64,000 nt of DNA, taken from Ilyomonas sp. Lineage in GTDB: Bacteria; Bacteroidota; Bacteroidia; Chitinophagales; Chitinophagaceae. A program made the translations under genes and the position numbers. The stretch's first letter is position 1. Each line of letters opens with the position of its first letter. The notes under the pieces were generated by a model. The model had not been told where the DNA came from, did not search any database, and was given only the letters and a program-made list of their open reading frames with translations. Of this stretch, positions 31,227-40,662 are shown in pieces. Location: the NCBI GenBank assembly GCA_965247435.1, contig OZ252019.1:5009586-5073585 (forward strand). The letters run 5' to 3'.

Positions 31227-31457
31227 TTACATCGGGTGCGCACGGTTGCCTTTCTCACTATTATAATTGTCTTTGCGGAAGAACAGAAAGCGCACGATTA
31301 GCAGAATGACGACAGCCGCTGCCATCAGCAGTAATGTTACGCCGGAGCGCAGGATATCGGCCCAGCCGATAAGGGTGATATTCCAAACTTTTAGAATGAG
31401 CAGCAGAATAAAGGCAATGCTGAATAGAGCGATTAAAAAGCCAATCAGTTTTTTCAT
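31227..31457 (-). CDS. Small two-TM membrane protein (76 aa)
   Basis: Two hydrophobic helices. Lies directly downstream of the SPFH gene. Confidence 0.45.
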   Translation of the reverse strand: MKKLIGFLIALFSIAFILLLILKVWNITLIGWADILRSGVTLLLMAAAVVILLIVRFLFFRKDNYNSEKGNRAHPM

Positions 31458-31498
31458 AAAAATTAATGGATGAATATTTAAAAATAGGTCTCCCGGCG

Positions 31499-32503
31499 TT
31501 ACATTTTGCTGAGCCAGTCTTTCTTTTTTGCCTCAAATTCTTCCTGCGTAATAATGCCTTCGGTTAACAGCAGTTTTAGTTTTTGCAGTTGCACAACAGG
31601 GTCGGCATTCGCATTGTTGGCGGTAACCGCATCTTGTTGAGCAGCAAACAGTTTTCCTATCTCCATGCCGGCGCCCAACTGCAATCCTGCGCCGGCCAGG
31701 CCGCCTTCATTACGGGCTGCATCGCGCAGGGCTTTCAGCTTTTCCATTTCTACGTAATTCAGGCCGCCTTGTGCAGCAGCCATTGTTTCGGCGGTTACAT
31801 CGGCTATACTGTTTATTCGTTTTTGGGTTTGCGCATCAAAAGCGGTTCCGCCAATCCGGAAATCAGTCAGCTCAAAACCAATCATCTCAAATTCAGCATT
31901 TAAACTTTCCTTTAGTACGGTTGAAATGGCTGATAACTGTGCATCTATTTGCTGATAAGAAATCCTGGCTTCCGCCAGATAAGAAATAATTTTTTGTGCA
32001 ATGCGGCTTTGCAGCAGCGCCCGTACATCAGCCGTAGAATACACATCTTTAAATCCAACAATTTCTGTAAAAAACGCCTGTGGTTTTTGTATGCGAAAAG
32101 AATAATTTCCATTCATCCCTAACTCTACCGGAAAACCATATACGGCATCCACATATTTAACCGGCGATGCAGTGCCCCAGGGCTGGTTTACCGATTCGGC
32201 TTTGCGGTAAAAGAAAAGGTGCATCTTATGCTCGCTTTCACCGGCCTGCTTTAGTTTTTGCAGCGTGGTTATAAACGGATGATTGCCGGTTTCTAAAAAA
32301 TAAACGCCTTCTTCCGAAAGTACATCTGCCACTTTGCCTTCATATACAAGCAGGCAGCCTTGTCCCGGCGCTACAATTAGCTTACTGCTGTTTTTAATCT
32401 CTTCCGTAGGCGCAGGAAATTTGTATAATAATATACCTGGCTGCTGGTTCGTCCATTCGATAACGGTAGCAAACTGTTTTTTAAAAAAATGGGTCAGGCT
32501 CAT
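31499..32503 (-). CDS. SPFH/band-7 domain protein with C-terminal SHOCT motif (YdjI-like)
   Basis: SPFH core; Ala/Gln-rich coiled region; C-terminal LLTEGIITQEEFEAKKKDWL is a SHOCT-type tail. Confidence 0.8.
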   Translation of the reverse strand: MSLTHFFKKQFATVIEWTNQQPGILLYKFPAPTEEIKNSSKLIVAPGQGCLLVYEGKVADVLSEEGVYFLETGNHPFITTLQKLKQAGESEHKMHLFFYRKAESVNQPWGTASPVKYVDAVYGFPVELGMNGNYSFRIQKPQAFFTEIVGFKDVYSTADVRALLQSRIAQKIISYLAEARISYQQIDAQLSAISTVLKESLNAEFEMIGFELTDFRIGGTAFDAQTQKRINSIADVTAETMAAAQGGLNYVEMEKLKALRDAARNEGGLAGAGLQLGAGMEIGKLFAAQQDAVTANNANADPVVQLQKLKLLLTEGIITQEEFEAKKKDWLSKM

Positions 32504-32508
32504 AGCGC

Positions 32509-33849
32509 TTAATTTAGTTTGTATTGGTTAACAATCGTTCCCGTTTTACTGATAACTACCACCGACGTATAGTCCATTAATACAAAGCCATTAGCAAAGG
32601 AGATAGCTTTGGAAGGCTTGATATCTGTAAGGCCGGTTGTCCATTTTACAGCGCCGGTATTTACTTCCAGGCTTTGCAGGTTAAGCGGCGCATCGGGCGA
32701 AGCGTTTACTTTCGCTACTATCAGCAGGTCATCCTTATTATTTAGCAAAACTTCCGGCGCGAAGTACAACCTGCCGGGCGTTACGTCTTTAAAGGAAAGT
32801 ACACGCGCGTTTTCCATACTCGTTTTGCTGATCAGTATTTTTTTATATGGATCTGCGTCAGTGAATATGCCCGAGCCGCCATAATCCCTGGTCCAGGATG
32901 GTGACGTCAGCATATCCTTTGGTCCGCCGCCATTGTCTTTGTAGGTGATCTTCAGCAGTTGCAGTTTCTCATCGGGATAATCGAAGCCCTGGCGAGTAAA
33001 GGTGAAATATGTTTTTTCAGTAGCACCGGGCAATAAGGTAGCAAAGCCGCTTTCCGCATCGTATAATTCGTCTTTGGTATATAGCTTATCTGCCAGCGGG
33101 TAATACGTAAAATTTTTGCCGTCGTTTGTCAGCAGTGTCAGGCCATCGCCATACGTATCGTACATAAATTCTACCGTGGCAATGCCAGTCTGCAGCCGGG
33201 GCTGGGTTTTAAATAAAGCGGTACTCATATCTGTTGCAGCAAGGCTTACTTTATCTATTTTATACAGTTTATTTTTATTGATGATACAATACAAATCGCC
33301 ATTAGCAAAAAGACGTGTTTTCACATCCGACATCGGCGAATTATTACCGGTTACCTGCAACAGCCGGCTGCTGATTTCCTTCTTGTTTTGCACATCATAA
33401 AAGGAGAGGTAAAACCCGTTCTTAGTAGTACCGCTGTAATAGTTTCGTTGTGCAACCATTACGGCAACCGGTTGCTGGTTGTTATTCCGGGTAAATAGCT
33501 CTATGGAAGAATTCCACAAAGAAAAATTGTCTTTGGCTGCAAGCGGCTGTACAGACTGGCCGGCAGTTAAATAACCGGTGGTGGACGAATTGCGCTCGCT
33601 CAGGCTGATTAATAAACCGAAGCCAATAAATACAAAAAAGACAGCCAGGATAAAAAGGACAAGTTTTTTTGTTGGCCGGGCAACGGCAGGCGGTGGCGTT
33701 ACATGCTTATAGTTATAATTAATATTGATGTCATCGTTGTCCAGAAAATATTCGGTACCGCAACTGCTGCAGCGATAATAATCCGGCTTCACCGCTGTGT
33801 TTTGCGTGCTTCCGCACTGCGGACATTTGATTGCTTTTATCTGTTTTGC
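32509..33849 (-). CDS. Zinc-ribbon + single-TM + large extracytoplasmic domain protein (YdjG-like)
   Basis: N-terminal CPQCGS...CSSCGTEYF zinc ribbon, one TM (LVLFILAVFFVFIGFGLLISL), about 350-aa beta-rich ectodomain. Stop lies 6 nt before the SPFH gene start. Confidence 0.6.
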   Translation of the reverse strand, partial: AKQIKAIKCPQCGSTQNTAVKPDYYRCSSCGTEYFLDNDDININYNYKHVTPPPAVARPTKKLVLFILAVFFVFIGFGLLISLSERNSSTTGYLTAGQSVQPLAAKDNFSLWNSSIELFTRNNNQQPVAVMVAQRNYYSGTTKNGFYLSFYDVQNKKEISSRLLQVTGNNSPMSDVKTRLFANGDLYCIINKNKLYKIDKVSLAATDMSTALFKTQPRLQTGIATVEFMYDTYGDGLTLLTNDGKNFTYYPLADKLYTKDELYDAESGFATLLPGATEKTYFTFTRQGFDYPDEKLQLLKITYKDNGGGPKDMLTSPSWTRDYGGSGIFTDADPYKKILISKTSMENARVLSFKDVTPGRLYFAPEVLLNNKDDLLIVAKVNASPDAPLNLQSLEVNTGAVKWTTGLTDIKPSKAISFANGFVLMDYTSVVVISKTGTIVNQYKLN

Positions 33850-34016
33850 CATTAATGATCTGTCGGTGTAACTTAAAGTGGATGCAGGCTTATAAAGTCC
33901 ATACAATAGCGTTTTTGCTTATCAAAAATATTCTATTCCGCTATAAGTGAACAGGAGCAGGACTAATAGTTAATGGAAGAGGGCAAATATTCCGGTGAAA
34001 CGTAGAAAGATGGTTT

Positions 34017-35378
34017 TTAACCGAGTAACTTTTCGTAAGCAGTATGGTATTGTTTGAAGTTGAAGCTATCAATCGCCTGCTGCATATTCGCTGCTATCTG
34101 ATCGTTGCACAAATTACCAATGCTGCCTTCGTGTGTATGATAAATGTGCGTTGAATATTGAAAATTGCCTGCTTCAATGGCTAAACCTATTTGTTTGTAT
34201 GCATCGCGAAAAGGAACGCCTTGTAATACGAGTTTATTTACTTCTTCCACGCTGAATAAGTACTTGTATTTTTCATCCTGCAGAATGTCGTTTTTCACTT
34301 CCATATTGCTAAGCATCAGACCCGCCATGTCTATACAATTGCGCAGTGTTTGGAACGCAGGAAAAAGGTGTTCCTTCAGCAGTTGTAAATCGCGGTGATA
34401 ACCCGAAGGTAAATTGGTCGTCATCAGCATAATTTCGTTTGGTAAAGCTTTGATGCGGTTGCAGTAAGAACGTATCAGTTCAAACACATCCGGATTTTTT
34501 TTGTGGGGCATGATGCTGCTGCCGGTAGTAAGCTCCGGCGGAAAAGAAATAAAGCCGAAGTTTTGATTTAAGTATAAGCAGGCATCCATGCTTAAACGCG
34601 CCAATGTATCGGCAACATTGGCCAGCGCAGAGGCTACAATACGCTCTGCTTTACCACGACCCATTTGCGCGTACACAACATTATAGTTTAGATCGGCGAA
34701 GCCTAACAATTGGGTAGTTAAGGTGCGGTTAATCGGAAACGAAGAACCGTATCCGGCGGCAGAACCCAACGGATTTTTATTCACTATATCATACGCCGCT
34801 TTAAGTGTAATCACGTCATCGGATAAACCTTCGGCATACGCGCCGAGCCACAAGCCAAAGGAAGAGGGCATGGCTAACTGCAGATGCGTATAGCCGGGTA
34901 ATAAAACATCTTTTAACGCATTGCTTTTGTTTATAAGCAATTGAAAAAAGGATTGAACGGCGAGCACTGTTTTTTCTATTTCGTCCCGCAAAAAGAGTTT
35001 GATGTCCACCAGTACCTGGTCGTTGCGGCTGCGGGCGGAATGTATTTTTTTACCTATATCGCCAAGCTTTTGCGTGAGCAGCATTTCGATCTGCGAATGA
35101 ACGTCTTCAATATTATCATCAATGGTAAATGGTAAATTGTCAATTGAAGAAGGTTGTGTAGTTTGATAGATATTTCTTAATTCCTCTATAAGCAAATTAG
35201 CTTCTTCGTTGGATAATAAGCCGATGGTTGCGAGCATTTTTGCGTGGGCAATATTGCCCAGCACATCAAACGGCGCGAGCAGGAGATCGAACTCGCGGTC
35301 TCTACCAACCGTGAAAGCCTCAACGCTTTTGCCAACGTTGCCCGAGGAAGTGTTATCGTCTTTTTGCCACAGTTTCAT
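34017..35378 (-). CDS. argH: Argininosuccinate lyase
   Basis: Fumarase/aspartase-family signature region (GYTHLQLAMPSSFGLWL...). Confidence 0.9.
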   Translation of the reverse strand: MKLWQKDDNTSSGNVGKSVEAFTVGRDREFDLLLAPFDVLGNIAHAKMLATIGLLSNEEANLLIEELRNIYQTTQPSSIDNLPFTIDDNIEDVHSQIEMLLTQKLGDIGKKIHSARSRNDQVLVDIKLFLRDEIEKTVLAVQSFFQLLINKSNALKDVLLPGYTHLQLAMPSSFGLWLGAYAEGLSDDVITLKAAYDIVNKNPLGSAAGYGSSFPINRTLTTQLLGFADLNYNVVYAQMGRGKAERIVASALANVADTLARLSMDACLYLNQNFGFISFPPELTTGSSIMPHKKNPDVFELIRSYCNRIKALPNEIMLMTTNLPSGYHRDLQLLKEHLFPAFQTLRNCIDMAGLMLSNMEVKNDILQDEKYKYLFSVEEVNKLVLQGVPFRDAYKQIGLAIEAGNFQYSTHIYHTHEGSIGNLCNDQIAANMQQAIDSFNFKQYHTAYEKLLG

Positions 35379-35565
35379 AATGGTTACCGGTTGTCGGATG
35401 CTGATTTTTGAAAGTCATTTAAATTCGTTTCTACCATTGAGTGAACTTATTTATTCTTTTACTCAAAGCATCCTATTCTTTTTATAATTCGTTATAAGTA
35501 ATTCTTTAAAATTATTCATCACTTACTGCTTATAATCTATTATCTTTTTTTGTGGAAAAAAAGAA

Positions 35566-35617
35566 CGAAAAAAGCCACAGGGAAACGATATACAGTACGT
35601 TTCCCTGCTATGCCCTG
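35566..35617 (-). terminator. Intrinsic terminator on minus strand (CAGGGAAACG-ATATACAGTA-CGTTTCCCTG; the T-run is on the minus strand)
   Basis: Perfect 10-bp stem. On the minus strand it is followed by TTTTTTCGTTCTTTTTTT. Separates the upstream arg genes from argH. Confidence 0.55.
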
Positions 35618-35789
35618 ATGTAGCTTATACACTGCTGTGAATTGTGCTGCAGTAATGCTACAACAAAGCGAAGAATGTAGCGAATAACGGGATTTATTTA
35701 AGTCTATGTAATTTTAATTATGCATTCACTTTAATATATCCTTCCAAGAGCCGGTTTCAAATAGAAAATTAAAATAAACAATCGTTTTG

Positions 35790-35981
35790 TCACATCACTT
35801 TGCGCATAAATAAAAGATGTTTAATAAAATCAGCCTTACAGCGTCTTCTGCTATATCCTTCCACAATTGCTATGGTCACCGCCTTTGAAAAACGTCTTAT
35901 CTGGCTGCCTGCTTCGTACAATTCAAATTTGGGTAGCGATAAGCTTACTTTGTGCACTTCAATGCCAATCTTATAATTCAA
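35790..35981 (-). pseudogene. Truncated four-helix-bundle (23S rRNA IVS-type) protein fragment
   Basis: ...[35 protein letters not shown] resembles the central helices of four-helix-bundle proteins but lacks the C-terminal helix. Confidence 0.4.
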
Positions 35982-36064
35982 TATAAACTTCTAATTCCCA
36001 ATAACTTTTTATAACAAACAATATTGTCAAATACAGGAATCCTGTAACCAGTGGCCTGATTGCT

Positions 36065-36457
36065 TTATTTTACAGGTTGTATTAAATCCCAAAGGTTGCC
36101 ATACATATCTTCAAACACAGCTACTGTTCCATAAGCTTCAATTGATGGCGTTCTTACAATGGAGATATTATTAGCCAGTAAGTTTTGATAATCTCTTTCA
36201 AAATTATCTGTATGTAAAAACAAAAATACCCGTCCGCCCGTTTGATTACCTATCCTGCTCTCCTGTTCTTTGGAAGCTGCTTTTGCTAATAATACATTGC
36301 ATCCTGTTGAGCCTGCTGGTTTTATTAACACCCATCTTTTTGTACTACTCAAAACCGTATCTTCTACCAATTCAAAACGGAGCTTTGTTGTATAATACCG
36401 GATTGCTTCATCATAATCTTTTACGACCAGTGCTATGTAGGCAATTTCCTGTTTCAT
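36065..36457 (-). CDS. VOC/glyoxalase-family protein
   Basis: MKQEIAYIALVVKDYDEAIRYY... paired beta-alpha-beta-beta-beta modules. Start moved to MKQEI. Confidence 0.6.
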   Translation of the reverse strand: MKQEIAYIALVVKDYDEAIRYYTTKLRFELVEDTVLSSTKRWVLIKPAGSTGCNVLLAKAASKEQESRIGNQTGGRVFLFLHTDNFERDYQNLLANNISIVRTPSIEAYGTVAVFEDMYGNLWDLIQPVK

Positions 36458-36506
36458 CTTGTTGTTTATTAACCGCTTTTTATCAAACCCACAAACCCGT
36501 AACCCG

Positions 36507-37586
36507 TCACTCCTGCCCCGCCACCGCACTCACCAGCTTAATATAGGTTTCTATGCCATTGCGAATTTCTTCTATATAAATAAACTCATCCGCCGTGTGG
36601 CTGCGGGCACTGTCGCCCGGCCCCATCTTTAATGCCGGGAATGGCATTAGGGCTTTATCACTGGTGGTAGGCGAGCCATAATAGCCATGACCTAATGCAA
36701 TGCCGGCCTGCACCAAGGGATGATCAATAGAAATAGAAGTGGAACGCATTCGCGTAGTGCGTGGCTTGAAAGTGCTCTTCAGATTTTGCTTCAGTGCCTC
36801 TAATATTTCTTCAAAAGTGTAGAGTTCATTTACCCGCACATCTATTACATACCTGCATTGCGATGGCACCACATTGTGCTGCCTGTTTTCTGTTTCTATA
36901 ATCGTTACACTCAATCTCGATTCGCCTAACAACGGACTTACTTTTTCAAACTGGTAGCTGCGTATCCAGTTAATATCATCCACCGCTTTATACAGGGCAT
37001 TTTCGCCTTCGTTGCGCGCCGCATGACCGGCACGGCCATACGCTGTGCAATCGATAACCATAAGCCCGCGTTCGGCAATCGCCATCTCTAATTTTGTAGG
37101 CTCGCCCACAATACCAAAATCAATGTTTCCCAGGTACGGCAATACCAGTTCTATCCCGTTTACACCGCTTATTTCTTCCTCGGCGCTTGCAGCAAAAACA
37201 ATGTTGTGGTCAAGGCCGGGCGCATTATAAAAATGTAGAAATGTAGCCATCAGCGATACCAGGCAACCACCGGCGTCGTTGCTGCCGAGCCCGAACAGTT
37301 TGCCTTCTTTTTCCACCGGCGTAAACGGGTCTATGGTGTAGCCTTTATTTGGCTTTACGGTATCATGGTGCGAGTTTAATAAGATAGAAGGTTTGGCCGC
37401 ATCGTAGTGAGCATTTTTAGCATAAATATTATTACCGACTCTTGAACAGGGAACTGTATTACTATTGAAGAAATCAACAATTAATGCTGCCGTGTCGTTT
37501 TCTTCTTTCGAAAAAGAAGGCGTGCTGATGAGCTGCTTTAATAAATCAATTGCTTTGCCGGTTAGTAATGTTATATCGTTATTCAT
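36507..37586 (-). CDS. argE: Acetylornithine deacetylase / M20-family peptidase
   Basis: M20 metal-binding motifs (HHDTV, GxxDxK...). Start moved to MNNDITLL so it abuts the argB stop. Confidence 0.8.
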   Translation of the reverse strand: MNNDITLLTGKAIDLLKQLISTPSFSKEENDTAALIVDFFNSNTVPCSRVGNNIYAKNAHYDAAKPSILLNSHHDTVKPNKGYTIDPFTPVEKEGKLFGLGSNDAGGCLVSLMATFLHFYNAPGLDHNIVFAASAEEEISGVNGIELVLPYLGNIDFGIVGEPTKLEMAIAERGLMVIDCTAYGRAGHAARNEGENALYKAVDDINWIRSYQFEKVSPLLGESRLSVTIIETENRQHNVVPSQCRYVIDVRVNELYTFEEILEALKQNLKSTFKPRTTRMRSTSISIDHPLVQAGIALGHGYYGSPTTSDKALMPFPALKMGPGDSARSHTADEFIYIEEIRNGIETYIKLVSAVAGQE

Positions 37587-38409
37587 GTATAATGCTTGTA
37601 CCGGCAGCGCCTGCTGCCAGTTGTTGTAATTGTTCTGCTTTGCCAATCACTACGCGGTGTACGCCTTTGTGGAGCGCAGCAAAGGCATTGTCTAACTTTG
37701 GTATCATGCCGGCATAAATAACCTGTTGTTCTTTTAAATCTTTATAAGAAGACAAATTAATAGAATTAATTACTGAACTATCGTCATTAATGTCTAATAA
37801 TACACCTGATTTTTCAAAGCAATAAATAAGATGCACTTCATATAATTTACTCAGGGCCTGCGCTATTTCCTGCGCGATGGTATCGGCGTTGGTGTTAAGT
37901 AACTGGCCTTCCTTGTTGTGGGTGATAGGTGCGATAACCACACTTATGTTTTGCAGTAGCAGGCTTTGTAAGAGAGCCGTGTTAACAACATCTATGTCAC
38001 CGGCAAAACCATAATCCACCTCACCCAAACCCTCTCCATAGGAGAGGGCTTTAGAGCGACGCTTGTGAGATTGAATCAGGTTGCCATCGGCACCGGACAG
38101 GCCAATGGCATTACAGCCATTCGCCTGTAGCTGCGCTACGATGGTTTTATTAATAAGGCCTGCATATACCATTGTTACTATTTTCAATGTTTCGGCATCG
38201 GTTATTCTTCTGCCATCAATCACCTGTTGTTCGATGCCTAATCGGACAGCGAGCTTAGTGGCTAATTTACCGCCACCATGAACAAGAATTGCAGCTCCTG
38301 TTTTCTGACGTGGTGAAAAGCAATGAGCAAACGTTTGTAAAAATGATTTCAGTTTTTGTTCCTCATCTATAATGTTGCCACCGATTTTTATAATGTAGAG
38401 TTTGCCCAT
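37579..38409 (-). CDS. argB: Acetylglutamate kinase
   Basis: Amino-acid kinase fold (IIKIGGNII...VHGGG). Confidence 0.9.
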   Translation of the reverse strand: MGKLYIIKIGGNIIDEEQKLKSFLQTFAHCFSPRQKTGAAILVHGGGKLATKLAVRLGIEQQVIDGRRITDAETLKIVTMVYAGLINKTIVAQLQANGCNAIGLSGADGNLIQSHKRRSKALSYGEGLGEVDYGFAGDIDVVNTALLQSLLLQNISVVIAPITHNKEGQLLNTNADTIAQEIAQALSKLYEVHLIYCFEKSGVLLDINDDSSVINSINLSSYKDLKEQQVIYAGMIPKLDNAFAALHKGVHRVVIGKAEQLQQLAAGAAGTSIIHE

Positions 38410-38414
38410 GAAAG

Positions 38415-38741
38415 CTAATCAATCAACGATTTAAATGCTGTTTTAAAATTTGTAAGCTGTACCGGTGAGAGCTTGCCAACAACAGCCACAATTTTGTTGT
38501 CTTCCACTGTTGCTAATCTTGAAACTTTAATTACAGACGGGGCTCTCAGGTTATTAATATTATCAGGCTGTAATACGATCTGGTAAGGTAATAATGTTGC
38601 AGGGATGACTGAGGAAATCAAAGCTATGATCACATCATTATAATTATCTTTCGTTTGTGCAATCACAACCGCAGGTCTTGCTTTAAAAGAAACTAAATCG
38701 GTAAACGGGAATGAGACAATTACAATATCGCCGGTTTGCAT
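38415..38741 (-). CDS. PemK/MazF-family type II toxin (mRNA interferase)
   Basis: GDIVIVSFPFTD...ARPAVVI...NDVIIALISS...SVIKVSRLATV pattern of the Kid/PemK/MazF fold. Confidence 0.65.
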   Translation of the reverse strand: MQTGDIVIVSFPFTDLVSFKARPAVVIAQTKDNYNDVIIALISSVIPATLLPYQIVLQPDNINNLRAPSVIKVSRLATVEDNKIVAVVGKLSPVQLTNFKTAFKSLID

Positions 38742-38747
38742 AATCGC

Positions 38748-38957
38748 TTATTTGTTTACATAATCCTGGTACAAATCCTCATTAGTATCTTCTAAATAAC
38801 TTTTAAATGCTTTAGGAGATTGTTGTAAACTTATACTTCGTAATGCATCTTCTTCCTCATCAATAAAAGTTATTAAAACCTTGTTTGTTTTATTAACCGG
38901 TGCCGCTTCCAACAATTTAATTTCTCCATTTTCAAATACACCTTTCACAGTAATCAT
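38748..38957 (-). CDS. DUF104-like antitoxin
   Basis: MITVKGVFENGEIKLLE...VLITFIDEE matches the GVYENGVLKPLE core of DUF104 antitoxins. Lies 6 nt upstream of the toxin. The track ORF start overlaps the argF' 3' end, so the internal Met was taken. Confidence 0.5.
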   Translation of the reverse strand: MITVKGVFENGEIKLLEAAPVNKTNKVLITFIDEEEDALRSISLQQSPKAFKSYLEDTNEDLYQDYVNK

Positions 38958-38982
38958 AACATAGTTGTTTTTATTAAATTTA

Positions 38983-39951
38983 CTAAACACCATTGAGAAT
39001 AGAAGAGATCACCGCCTGCGCCGCCCATACCCGGTTAGCTGCCTGTTGTGTTACCACACTGTTCGGTCCGTCCAGTATTTCATCGCTTAGTTCCACATTT
39101 CTTCTCACCGGCAGGCAATGCATTACCCTGGCATTATTGGTTAGTTCGAGCTTTTTGCTGGTGAGCATCCAGCGCGGATCGTTCTCATAAATTTTACCAT
39201 AATCAGTATAGGTACTCCAGTTTTTTACATACACAAAATCTGCGTTTTTCAAAGCCTCATCCTGGTTGTGTGTAATAATTGCGCCGTTAGTAAATTGTGT
39301 TGCCAGCTCATAATCCTCGGGATGCGTTATCACAAATTCCGTTTCTCCCCAAGCGTTTATCCACTGCGCAAAACTATTGGCAACACACTGCGGCAATGCC
39401 TTAACGTGCGGCGCCCAAGTGAGTACAATTTTTGGTCGCTGGTTACGGCTTGCAGGGTACGTATTAAGTGTTTCTTTGATAGTGACAACATCCGTCAAAC
39501 TTTGCAGCGGATGTAACGTGGCGCTTTCCAGGCTAATTACCGGTACACCGCTGTGTTTTATAAATTCATTAATGTACAGTTCGCTGTAATCATCCTCGCG
39601 GTTTTTCAATGAGGGAAAGGTTCTGATGCACAGAATATGGAAGTAGTTGCCTAATATTGGCGCTGCATCTTTTACATGTTCTACGGTACTGCCGCTCATG
39701 ATAGCGCCTTCTTCAAACTCCAGCGCCCAGCCTTCTTTGTCCACATTAAAAACAATGGCTTCCATGCCTACATTGCGGGCTGCTATCTGCGTACTTAACC
39801 GTGTGCGCAGCGAAGGATTCAGGAACAACAGGCCAATGCGTTTATCGGCGCCCAATGTGCGGTCTTTAAACGGATTGGCTTTAAAGGCCAATGCTTTTGC
39901 CACCAATGCATTAATGTCGGTAACATCGTGTACGGAAATGAATTGTTTCAT
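38983..39951 (-). CDS. argF: N-acyl-ornithine carbamoyltransferase (Bacteroidetes-type ArgF')
   Basis: OTC/ATC fold (STRTR-like LSTQ..., HCLP motif) with the acetyl/succinyl-ornithine-type variations common in Bacteroidota. Confidence 0.8.
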   Translation of the reverse strand: MKQFISVHDVTDINALVAKALAFKANPFKDRTLGADKRIGLLFLNPSLRTRLSTQIAARNVGMEAIVFNVDKEGWALEFEEGAIMSGSTVEHVKDAAPILGNYFHILCIRTFPSLKNREDDYSELYINEFIKHSGVPVISLESATLHPLQSLTDVVTIKETLNTYPASRNQRPKIVLTWAPHVKALPQCVANSFAQWINAWGETEFVITHPEDYELATQFTNGAIITHNQDEALKNADFVYVKNWSTYTDYGKIYENDPRWMLTSKKLELTNNARVMHCLPVRRNVELSDEILDGPNSVVTQQAANRVWAAQAVISSILNGV

Positions 39952-40024
39952 GTTACGCTCAGGTTCTTGAAAGAAGTTTTTATTATTATACTACAAACTG
40001 ATGTAATACTATTTAGCTTCGGTT

Positions 40025-40040
40025 GCCTGCCGGCAAAGGC
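40025..40040. repeat. GCCTGCCGGCAAAGGC repeat (copy 1), intergenic in the arg cluster
   Basis: Identical 16-mer at 44580-44595. A related CCTGCCTGC-ACAAAGGC-GCAGGCAGG hairpin lies at 63912-63937. Confidence 0.45.
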
Positions 40041-40156
40041 CGGTGTCACGCACTTCAACGTTCTGTAATGCTATGCAGCAGCACTTACAATTTTGCAATT
40101 TATTTTTGCGCTGCTGTACAATGCTTTCTGCCTTTTTATATGTTTGTTTAAGGCGT

Positions 40157-40585
40157 CTAAGACCCTGAAGAACATAAAATGTAAGAAGTCCGGAGACTTC
40201 TTACAGCACCAGTATCCATCTCCTTTATCGCCATATTCAAAGCCTCTATGTAATTATGAACTTCATTCCAGTCATTCCTTTTTTCAGGATTTAAATCTTC
40301 TGCTTTAAAAAGCGCTTCCTGAAAGGTTGTTTGCGTACCTTCTATTTTACTCGATACTGTTGCTTCTTTGGTAACATGCATTTTGATAAAAAAATCAATG
40401 TCCGGTATCAAATCAGCAAAAGCATCTGCTTTACCAATAGACCGGTCTGCTTCACTAAGTAGCTGCAAAACAGAAGGGTCGGTTATCAGCCATTGTAAAC
40501 AAATATTATTAGGACTAAAGCTTTTATATTCAATACGCTGTATAAAGCGTCCGGATTTAAAATCGGCTATGTCCAACTGTTTCAT
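40157..40585 (-). pseudogene. N-terminal fragment of a Fic/DOC-family protein (no Fic core or HxFx(D/E)GNGR motif)
   Basis: MKQLDIADFKSGRFIQ...IEGTQTTFQEALF is the Fic_N region only. The ORF tail reads through a palindromic repeat. Confidence 0.45.
40181..40204. repeat. 24-nt perfect palindrome GTAAGAAGTCCGGAGACTTCTTAC
   Basis: A second copy with compensatory stem changes lies at 51922-51943. Both are preceded by AAAATG and followed by CAG. Confidence 0.5.
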
Positions 40586-40662
40586 AACTGCAAATATAAA
40601 AATCCTTGTTTGCAGAAAACGCTGAAACTGCAATTATAAAATTTTATAATTGCAGTTTATTG

